The position numbers and the translations under genes were made by a program. DNA of 45,100 bases from Christensenellaceae bacterium (GTDB taxonomy: Bacteria > Bacillota > Clostridia > Christensenellales > Borkfalkiaceae). The notes beneath the pieces are model-generated. The model made no database searches and was not told the origin of the DNA. It worked only from the letters and a program-made list of their open reading frames with translations. Each line of letters starts with the position of its first letter. Within the stretch, counting starts at the first letter, position 1. The stretch lies in the NCBI GenBank assembly GCA_948482865.1, contig CAOMHR010000001.1, positions 1 to 45,100 of the forward strand, written 5' to 3'. Below, in pieces: positions 19,501 to 25,342 of this stretch.

Positions 19501-19583
19501 TTGCCCCACTTTATTGGCATTACCGTGCGCGACGTCCTGTTTATGCCGTCTACATAAACGGCTGCTGAATTTAAAATAGCCAT
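16563..19583 (-). CDS. Large tail/baseplate structural protein (1006 aa), compositionally mosaic
   Basis: ORF track. AGGAG precedes ATG 19583. Size and position fit a distal-tail or tail-associated protein. The 5' approx 720 nt are AT-rich, unlike the rest of the gene. Confidence 0.55.
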   Translation of the reverse strand: MAILNSAAVYVDGINRTSRTVMPIKWGNFLDERLDECHLAIRHVKKKNFEPLTPVEIQLTNEIYWKTGVHKISERVREQTKRYIIANDSAVESPIGSGYYNHDLYLIEVTKIAECYAVDTLTFTNVMRVYGDDIGEYVSPIGTLAPQRDEHTRMYDYYKSPVPLGTSLQILTVTVLNGGFNYGIEPDKIKITYPDGTTEEYDDKHTYTKTLILDQLGTYTITYTGSSGISSTTYYDFSYTIATTENPVPLKKWTITDVINRTLDLAEPLRKGEKPRFRLNGMSGDGKIIPEGEDGAGQAARFNKILSPEMSFTKQTLRECLQAIGKVIHGEPRLTPKKDGDEWYYEVSYDMYASQDKSNIKYMPYITKSVQHVIENYTSYLDSNAENLVNQLDKYSGVMVEPYADGAKTLRTENMYVRIEEGNMIIPTQYPIYSVDKLEYVYADGGEMKSLDITQWLFEKSVYDTLLKSYSDAQPYSKAYGIYYAQGSKNIGGLNFKLEKPVLQAFEKYAIVNIISQASNKTAIIPTDYPAMAFRVTYTPFYNARVGQTKAYYKDFSRPAALIYNQQSNVIESRYYGENLKGAVARLGNIELSLTYFLSNLSQIPKAGQMFDKDYYISAVAVEFLPTVIKCTIGLSKDFNRLSSYIGISSVKRYSEISQTQAVERNTLYHEYIVIGEKELADTDCLINDAFLFWVGLTFFQGIESPVSGLGRITNVCAWGTTYQGNSAGGAVNLPVISSAFGNSISFSWKYQDNYSAGATSEYVENAFEGNVSGYFQNSYSYTDYYGRVYYYHFDLQPKGPDITPENYQQVGEKLPGGSVPAASSGFVSTIGQTPYVLRKDNREALQINFQIDFVTNLENMIIGSALASYNPAVRGTDARLAEARLYVFPTELNKFTDHVEAFEDVKLSDLPSAALKSGDLADGCWELNAENFPASGKSWAIVTPQYTKTETVEDETGEKYEQTQYYGGDLLIGQNIEVTAGQAFTPVYFTKKREIFDKTVWKERR

Positions 19584-19611
19584 ATTAAACTCCTATAAAA
19601 AAATTTTAATT

Positions 19612-19633
19612 AAAAAAGCACGGTTGCCCGTGC
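19612..19633 (-). terminator. Intrinsic terminator (minus-strand polarity) immediately upstream of the tail gene start
   Basis: Perfect stem GCACGG-TTGC-CCGTGC (19618-19633). On the minus strand it is followed by TTTTTT (complement of the A-run 19612-19617). Confidence 0.55.
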
Positions 19634-19642
19634 GTGATTTTA

Positions 19643-19671
19643 TTGCAATAGATTGCAATTTAAGTTATACT
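19643..19671 (+). promoter_or_regulatory. Promoter TTGCAA-N17-TATACT for the island membrane-protein gene, giving a leaderless mRNA
   Basis: TTGCAA 19643-19648 lies within the first of two ATTGCAAT palindromes (19642-19649, 19652-19659). TATACT is at 19666-19671. ATG 19679 is 7 nt after the -10 and there is no SD. Confidence 0.5.
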
Positions 19672-19678
19672 GTAAATT

Positions 19679-20335
19679 ATGGAAAAGAAAGCTTTTATTA
19701 TTCAAATTTGTTTGTGTTCACTATTACTAATTTTCTCCGTTGTAACTTTTGCATTTACTTTAAATTTTTGCTTGCCTATTATACAAAGATATATAGAAAC
19801 AACAAATTCTTCATTAGAATATCTTTCTTATATTAAAAAGAGCATTACCATTCATACAATTTACTGGGCAAGTTCTGGAATTGCCACTTTAATATTAATT
19901 GTGCAGTTAATTTATCAAATTACAATTTTTAAAAGATGTAGCACATTAAACAAAAATCAACAAATAACTATCTTTTCTTTTTTAAGTTTTACTTCCATTC
20001 TTTTTTTAGCAATATTTATAGCTGCTTCATATTACACTGCATTTACGAGCGACATTTTTAAAGGGGTATCCGACAAAACATTTATAAACAATGAATTGAA
20101 AGCTACATACCTTAGTATAGCTATTGCTGGATTATCACTAATAATTGTTGTATTTACAGCTCTATCTTTTATAGTAAGTTCTACCCAAAAAGGTAAAAAA
20201 CTACTTGAACAGCTACAAATTAAAAAAAGTTCTAATAATAAATCAAAAAAATTATCTAATACTGAACGATTAATAAAATTAGAATCAAACATTAAGGAGT
20301 TACAAGCCGAATTAGAAGAATTGAAAAAGGATTAA
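19679..20335 (+). CDS. Island protein D: 4-TM membrane protein with C-terminal coiled coil (218 aa)
   Basis: ORF track. Four hydrophobic helices, then a basic linker (KKSSNNKSKK) and ERLIKLESNIKELQAELEELKKD. It lies on the opposite strand to all flanking structural genes and is AT-rich. Confidence 0.7.
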   Translation: MEKKAFIIQICLCSLLLIFSVVTFAFTLNFCLPIIQRYIETTNSSLEYLSYIKKSITIHTIYWASSGIATLILIVQLIYQITIFKRCSTLNKNQQITIFSFLSFTSILFLAIFIAASYYTAFTSDIFKGVSDKTFINNELKATYLSIAIAGLSLIIVVFTALSFIVSSTQKGKKLLEQLQIKKSSNNKSKKLSNTERLIKLESNIKELQAELEELKKD

Positions 20336-20353
20336 CTTTTTTCTCCTTGTATT

Positions 20354-20383
20354 AAAAAAGCACCGATAACTCGGTGCTTTTTT
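20354..20383. terminator. Bidirectional intrinsic terminator between convergent island genes
   Basis: AAAAAA-AGCACCGA-TAAC-TCGGTGCT-TTTTTT. An 8-bp stem flanked by A6 and T6. Confidence 0.8.
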
Positions 20384-20416
20384 ATTTTTGGTTTATTTTG
20401 ATATAATTATATAACT

Positions 20417-20971
20417 TTAATTATAATAAGGGCAACTCTTACAAACTTCAGAAGGTTTTGGCGGTAAATCCAACTTTCTTCTAGCGTAATTGCCCAACAA
20501 TTCAATCGCTACTTTCCCTTTCTCCTTTAAGTCTTTTATTATCTCAATAGCTTTTTTGTTCTTAACTTTATATGTATAAGATATTTTTTTATTAAGTAAC
20601 GCCTGTCTAATTAGCAAAGCTAACTTACCCAACTTCTTATAATTCAAATTACTAATATTATAGTGATATTCTTCAAGTCCGATAATAGCTGTTTTCCCTT
20701 CTTCCGGTGAGTGTTCTAAATTAAATGACTGCTCAATCTCATCAAAAGGCAATAAGACAAACATTATTTTACTGATTCCTGACTCATAACCCGAATAAAT
20801 AGACGCTCCGAACGTATCAAGTTCTCTTAAGTCATCAACTCTCCATAAAGATAATTTATTTCCCTTAGTTTTCAAGTCCCCTATCGCATTAGCAGGAATC
20901 TCATCAAGTGGTATTTCATCTTTATCTTCATCCCAAAAACTTGAAACTATCGTACGAACCAAATACGCCAT
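20417..20971 (-). CDS. Island protein C (184 aa), no recognisable domain
   Basis: ORF track. Its ATG overlaps the stop of the upstream gene by 1 nt (ATGA). C-terminal ...CKSCPYYN. AT-rich. Confidence 0.7.
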   Translation of the reverse strand: MAYLVRTIVSSFWDEDKDEIPLDEIPANAIGDLKTKGNKLSLWRVDDLRELDTFGASIYSGYESGISKIMFVLLPFDEIEQSFNLEHSPEEGKTAIIGLEEYHYNISNLNYKKLGKLALLIRQALLNKKISYTYKVKNKKAIEIIKDLKEKGKVAIELLGNYARRKLDLPPKPSEVCKSCPYYN

Positions 20972-21600
20972 CAGGTATGTTCCTCAATAAATTCTTTCAA
21001 ATCTTCTCGAAGAAATTTATTACCGAGTTGTAAATTTTTTACTGAATTGATATCACTTATCTCATCCCACATTAATAAAGCGTTTAAAGCATACTCTTGA
21101 ACCTGTATGTTAGAAGACGAAAGTAATTCCAATATTAAATTTTCTTCATCAGCTGAAATATAAGCAAAGTCTTTTTGCGATAAAGCTAAAGCAATTGCGC
21201 ATTTAATGCTTATATTCTTTGATTTATTCAACTCATTAAGAAATAAGCTATAAGCATTTTCTTTTCGAAGTAAATATAGAAAATCAAAATACTTATACCA
21301 TTCACCGAACCCAATATCTTCATTATTAACCATAATAATGAAATTATTGAGCCAACTCTCAACTTTCTTCTTGCCCAAACCAGCAAATTCATTTAACTGT
21401 ATTGAAGAATCTTCTCCCATATAGTTAAAAGTATTGCCTATTTGAGCAAAATATTCATCATAAATATTTCCTAAATCATAATGCCTATAATAAGCCATTT
21501 GCTCTGTGGCTTGAATTTTTTGCTCAATATTATCTACCGGAATACTTCCCATTCCGCCAATAGTCAATACTCCCGCCAAAACAGTAGCTGTTGCACTCAT
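20971..21600 (-). CDS. Island protein B (209 aa), hydrophobic N-terminus and HEAT/ARM-like helical C-terminal half (weak call)
   Basis: ORF track. MSATATVLAGVLTIGGMGS hydrophobic start. The helical repeat-like region ...IKCAIALALSQ...ILELLSSSNIQVQEYALNALLMW is a weak by-eye call. Confidence 0.65.
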   Translation of the reverse strand: MSATATVLAGVLTIGGMGSIPVDNIEQKIQATEQMAYYRHYDLGNIYDEYFAQIGNTFNYMGEDSSIQLNEFAGLGKKKVESWLNNFIIMVNNEDIGFGEWYKYFDFLYLLRKENAYSLFLNELNKSKNISIKCAIALALSQKDFAYISADEENLILELLSSSNIQVQEYALNALLMWDEISDINSVKNLQLGNKFLREDLKEFIEEHT

Positions 21601-21613
21601 ATTTTTTACCTGA

Positions 21614-22333
21614 TTATTCTTTTATCAAATATTTTTCTCTATACTCACTACCTATCGAATTAAAAAATTCAATATCTTCTTTTGTAAATATTTTTTCTAT
21701 TCCAGGTTGAGTATTAAAATCATAAGAAATGATTAAGCCATCTTCTTCTACATTTTTAGATGAAATAAACTTTCCACGATTATAATCAATTATTTTATTT
21801 AATCTACATTTGAGTTTTTCGTTTTCTTCTTTATTTACTATACGAAAACGCCATTCGTCTGACTGAAGATCAAAATTGTCAGAAGAATGGATAAGTTTTT
21901 TCAATGCAGAATTAACACTTTCTTTTTCCGTATTAAAAAAATGACCATTCAAAGCTAATCTGTTAAATTTCAAATTCAATTTATCCTGAATTTCGTAAAT
22001 AATTTCAAGCGCCATTGAATTAAAATCTTTATATGTATTATCTTCAAAATCTAATTGTTCAATATGAATACGGCTTGTCCCAAAAAAAACATTTACTCTT
22101 TCTTTTTCATTTTTCAAAATAGGGCGAGTAACAATAGGCATAGGCGCACCTATAAATACACCGCCTTTTAATACATTATTTGGATTAATATTTATTTGCG
22201 GCGAATTTAGATCTTGAGTAGCGTTAATTTGTAACGAAAATTTATTTTTAATTTTTTCAAGTTTTGATACATCTTCAAAACTTACTGAATTAAAATTGCC
22301 AAATACGACAAATTGCCTTAATGCTTCTATCAC
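21614..22333 (-). CDS. Island protein A (239 aa), no recognisable domain
   Basis: ORF track. GTG start 22333 with AAGGG 8 nt upstream. 13 nt separate it from protein B. Confidence 0.65.
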   Translation of the reverse strand: MIEALRQFVVFGNFNSVSFEDVSKLEKIKNKFSLQINATQDLNSPQININPNNVLKGGVFIGAPMPIVTRPILKNEKERVNVFFGTSRIHIEQLDFEDNTYKDFNSMALEIIYEIQDKLNLKFNRLALNGHFFNTEKESVNSALKKLIHSSDNFDLQSDEWRFRIVNKEENEKLKCRLNKIIDYNRGKFISSKNVEEDGLIISYDFNTQPGIEKIFTKEDIEFFNSIGSEYREKYLIKE

Positions 22334-22355
22334 TTAATTAACCCTTTTTTATTTA

Positions 22356-22388
22356 ATTATATCATAAATTATAATACTTGCAAGTATT
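22356..22388 (-). promoter_or_regulatory. Promoter TTGCAA-N16-TATAAT for the three-gene island operon, -35 embedded in a 16-bp perfect palindrome
   Basis: Minus strand: TTGCAA (22383-22378), 16-nt spacer, TATAAT (22361-22356). The palindrome AATACTTGCAAGTATT spans 22373-22388. Confidence 0.5.
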
Positions 22389-22395
22389 TTTTTGA

Positions 22396-22416
22396 TTGTC
22401 AACTATTTTTTGCAAA
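22396..22416. repeat. 21-nt exact repeat shared with the cro promoter region (41770-41790)
   Basis: TTGTCAACTATTTTTTGCAAA occurs at both sites in the same orientation. It contains TTGACA (minus strand) and the palindrome TTTGCAAA. Confidence 0.9.
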
Positions 22417-22459
22417 AAAAATTGACATACGCACATTATTCTGAACCATATTTCAATTC

Positions 22460-22939
22460 CTACTGATTTGCGCCCCGTCTTCCTGTCGTGCCGGCGCGTA
22501 TGTTCTGCATACCGATAGAAACATTTTCAAGCGTATTCCTGGTATTGTATTGCTGAATGCGTTGCAAGAGTCCTATACCTTGGTTTACAGACGACCAAAC
22601 AACGCCAACAGCCGCCACGGGAAGATTACCGCTTACTGCACCAGCCAACAATTGCATACCCTGTCTGCCTACTTGCTGTAACCCCGAATAGACAGTTTGT
22701 AAACGTTGTTCATACTCTGTTGCACCAGTTTCAAGCGATACTTGCGAAATAGAATTACTTATTAAATTATCAGCAGTAGACATTATAGCTTTGTAAGAAA
22801 CGGCTTTGGCTAATACTTCAACCACTCCCATTGAAGACTGGTCAGCATTTGCCGTATTATCTTTTTCACTTGAACTCCCTGCCATAGCTTTTTTCCTTCT
22901 GGTAGGAAGTTCTATTTTTATAACGTACGGATTAGCCAT
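22460..22939 (-). CDS. Virion-associated protein (159 aa) with Gly/Ala-rich hydrophobic segment, function unknown
   Basis: ORF track. Contains ...LLAGAVSGNLPVAAVGVVWSSVNQGIGLL.... Ends with TAG at the island boundary. Confidence 0.5.
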   Translation of the reverse strand: MANPYVIKIELPTRRKKAMAGSSSEKDNTANADQSSMGVVEVLAKAVSYKAIMSTADNLISNSISQVSLETGATEYEQRLQTVYSGLQQVGRQGMQLLAGAVSGNLPVAAVGVVWSSVNQGIGLLQRIQQYNTRNTLENVSIGMQNIRAGTTGRRGANQ

Positions 22940-22940
22940 T

Positions 22941-24089
22941 TTACACCCCCTGTAATACGGTAAACTGTGCAGATGAATCTGATACAGTTACTTTTCTGTC
23001 TGTTACAAGTGTAACATAATATTTTTTAATCGCATCATCATATTCAAACGAGCGATTAGTTAGTGCAATTGTTTGCGCCCCGTTTCTAATCTGTGCCCCT
23101 ACACCGGAAATAAAAGTATTACATTCTTCGGACAATGTAAATGTAAGCGAAGTAATATCACTCTTGTCAAACTCAAATCTTATAACTTGAAAATATTCAG
23201 GAACATTTACAGTAACTGCAAAATCCATTATTTCAATTAATGAAACCGTAATCCCTGCTATATTTATCCCTTCCGCACTTGTATTAATCGTATTGTTCAT
23301 CATAAAGTATAATTTACTTGTAGTAGCTAATTGAATTTTAACAAAATGCGCTGTATTGGGTTCACCGTTTATAAGATAATTAAAAGTTTCACTTGTTGCT
23401 TTATCTGAATTTGCCGGAAATTCAAAGTCCAAAGAAAAGGCTGTTGTTGTCGCAACGTTTTTTGAAATCAATTCACCGGCAGTAACTTCACGGTCCAGCT
23501 GTGCTGCACGGCTTGTTCTCAGAGCCTGATACGGCACGGGTTCGCCGTCGAAGTAGATTTTGACGTCCTTGCTGTTTATGCCGTCCTGTATGAAATAGAC
23601 TTCGATATACACGTTAAAATCTACGGACTGACCGTACCTTGCGGCAATCTCCGCATTACCCGTTACCGCCGTACCCGCCTGAAATGCGACCGAGTACTTC
23701 GCGCCGCTGCCGTCGTAAAGCGTGTCCGCCCAAGCCTTTTGGAAATAACCGTTCAGCGCGTTTGTTATATAGGCAAGATACGGATACTGCCCGTCCTGTA
23801 TCTTCTGCAGTTCTTCCGCCGTCTGCGTAGCGTTTGTGCGCGGCGCCTGCACGGGTATTTTAAAATCGAGCGACAACCCGTTCACGCCCATTACAAGGTC
23901 TGTTGCGTCGTTTGCCGAAGTGCTTGTACGCAGGTTGCCGAGTATGTAATGCGTTATCACGTTCCCGTCACGTTCGGGCTTTTTGTATTCGCCTGCGTCC
24001 GCCCAGATTTTAAACTGTATCTCGGGGTTGCCAAGCGTCTTGTTCAAGCCGTTCTCAAAGTACTCTGCCAATTGTTTTACCGATATCAT
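22941..24089 (-). CDS. Putative major tail (tube-like) structural protein (382 aa)
   Basis: ORF track. Assigned by position immediately after the head-tail connector genes. No motif recognised. Confidence 0.4.
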   Translation of the reverse strand: MISVKQLAEYFENGLNKTLGNPEIQFKIWADAGEYKKPERDGNVITHYILGNLRTSTSANDATDLVMGVNGLSLDFKIPVQAPRTNATQTAEELQKIQDGQYPYLAYITNALNGYFQKAWADTLYDGSGAKYSVAFQAGTAVTGNAEIAARYGQSVDFNVYIEVYFIQDGINSKDVKIYFDGEPVPYQALRTSRAAQLDREVTAGELISKNVATTTAFSLDFEFPANSDKATSETFNYLINGEPNTAHFVKIQLATTSKLYFMMNNTINTSAEGINIAGITVSLIEIMDFAVTVNVPEYFQVIRFEFDKSDITSLTFTLSEECNTFISGVGAQIRNGAQTIALTNRSFEYDDAIKKYYVTLVTDRKVTVSDSSAQFTVLQGV

Positions 24090-24397
24090 TTAATTGTTCC
24101 TCCTAACTTATCGTTAAATCTTTCAATAAAAGTCTGTGCAAATCTGTCCCACCAGTCTAGGTTTGGGTTTTGTTTACCGTTCCACTTCGGCGATATCCAC
24201 GGCTCGTTCGTATAATACACGTACGGCGCGACTTTGGTATCTATATAAATCACTATCTCGTTGTCCGAGATTTTATACTGCAACGCGTTCCGTGCCATAT
24301 TGCCCGTGTCACGCGGCACAAGCTCGTTGCGCAGCTCTTCCACCGTTGACACCGCTGCATTTATTATCTGCTGTCTGTCCATCACGTCTCGCCCCAC
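24086..24397 (-). CDS. HK97 gp10-like tail-completion / head-tail joining protein
   Basis: ORF track. ...VPRDTGNMARNAL... resembles the gp10-family DTG motif. A coupled alternative start, ATG 24382 (TGATG overlap with the upstream stop), is at least as likely as GTG 24397. Confidence 0.45.
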   Translation of the reverse strand: MGRDVMDRQQIINAAVSTVEELRNELVPRDTGNMARNALQYKISDNEIVIYIDTKVAPYVYYTNEPWISPKWNGKQNPNLDWWDRFAQTFIERFNDKLGGTIK

Positions 24398-24771
24398 GGC
24401 TCGTCAATCGCGACAAGCCTTAATACGTATTGCGTGCCTACGGGAACAGGCAGAACCCTGAACGCCTGCTTCGGCGCGGACTGGTAATCCGTCATTTTCT
24501 GCTGTATGGCGTACCATTCCCCGTCCTGCAACCGCACGATACCGTCGCCCGCTTTAAACCTTAACTGGTCGTCAGTGCGTATCGCCGTTTCGCCCGCGCC
24601 GGTCTGTATATTCGCAAACAGCGTGCGCCACGTTTTCGTAGACGGGTCAACGTACTCATAATTAAACGGCTGCCCGCCCACGTCGGGACCGTCGGGGCGT
24701 TCGGGGTAATACGTACCCGAAAGCGTGAATTGCGTGTGCGGATTTAAAATATCCATAATATCGCGTATCAT
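24382..24771 (-). CDS. Head-tail connector/adaptor protein (129 aa from coupled start)
   Basis: The ORF-track frame is 24382..24810. ATG 24771 forms a TAATG overlap with the upstream stop. Assigned by position. Confidence 0.45.
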   Translation of the reverse strand: MIRDIMDILNPHTQFTLSGTYYPERPDGPDVGGQPFNYEYVDPSTKTWRTLFANIQTGAGETAIRTDDQLRFKAGDGIVRLQDGEWYAIQQKMTDYQSAPKQAFRVLPVPVGTQYVLRLVAIDEPWGET

Positions 24772-25214
24772 TAATACACCCCCGTATAAAGTATCGAATA
24801 CCCCAGACACGGCACAACGTCGCCGAGAACGCTCTGCGCGAGATAATCTATCGCCACCGCTCTCTCTTCGGGCTTTGTGGACAAGTACAGATTACCCACG
24901 TTAGCCACGTACACCGCCTGATATTCCATTGCCGTCTGGATTATCCGCCTTAGTTCCTGAACTGTTGCAATAAGGCAGTCCTGCGCCCTGTTATTGACGT
25001 TGTGTTGGTGGATGAACTGATAAACCATATCGCTGACCGTACGTGTAAAGCTCTTTATAGCGACTTCGGGATTTACAAGCGCGGTGTCAGACATTCTCGC
25101 ACGGATATTCAGACCCACGTTTTCCACAAGCGCCTTTTCAGTTAGCACGTAGCGGTTCGTTCTTTCGTCATAGTACAAATAATCGTCCGAGTAGGGACTT
25201 ATCCTGTTTTGCAT
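24771..25214 (-). CDS. Head-tail connector protein (147 aa)
   Basis: ORF track. AAGGAG precedes ATG 25214. It is the first gene after the capsid block. Confidence 0.45.
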   Translation of the reverse strand: MQNRISPYSDDYLYYDERTNRYVLTEKALVENVGLNIRARMSDTALVNPEVAIKSFTRTVSDMVYQFIHQHNVNNRAQDCLIATVQELRRIIQTAMEYQAVYVANVGNLYLSTKPEERAVAIDYLAQSVLGDVVPCLGYSILYTGVY

Positions 25215-25266
25215 TTATTTCTCCTTTCTGTGTTGACTTTTTCAGATTTCGGTGTATAATATAAAT

Positions 25267-25342
25267 AGAAGTGTTGCTTTTGACCCTACCAAGGTGTGCA
25301 TACCGAAGCGGGGCTCCCGTGCACGGGGGGCAACACTTTTTT
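25267..25342 (+). ncRNA. Candidate small structured RNA (about 75 nt) with its own promoter and terminator, antisense orientation in the head operon gap
   Basis: TTGACT (25233-25238)-N16-TATAAT (25255-25260). Closing stem AAGUGUUGC (25269-25277) / GCAACACUU (25330-25338) runs into a T6 tract (25337-25342). The GC hairpin CUCCCG-UGCA-CGGGGG is at 25314-25329. Confidence 0.4.

Noticed and set aside
22460-22939. The 159-aa Gly/Ala-rich protein as a tape-measure gene truncated by the island insertion
   Set aside because: The ORF ends in a normal stop. Only seven further codons are open beyond it, and no tape-measure-like remnant lies on the other side of the island. Truncation cannot be supported from the sequence.
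25267-25342. The structured RNA as a tRNA, specifically a TAG-suppressor tRNA that could explain the in-frame TAG at 13375
   Set aside because: It contains CUA in a small loop, but no 7-nt anticodon loop with flanking 5-bp stem can be drawn. There is no GTTCRANY T-loop, no D-arm consensus and no CCA or discriminator geometry. The closing stem is 9 bp with only 53 nt inside.
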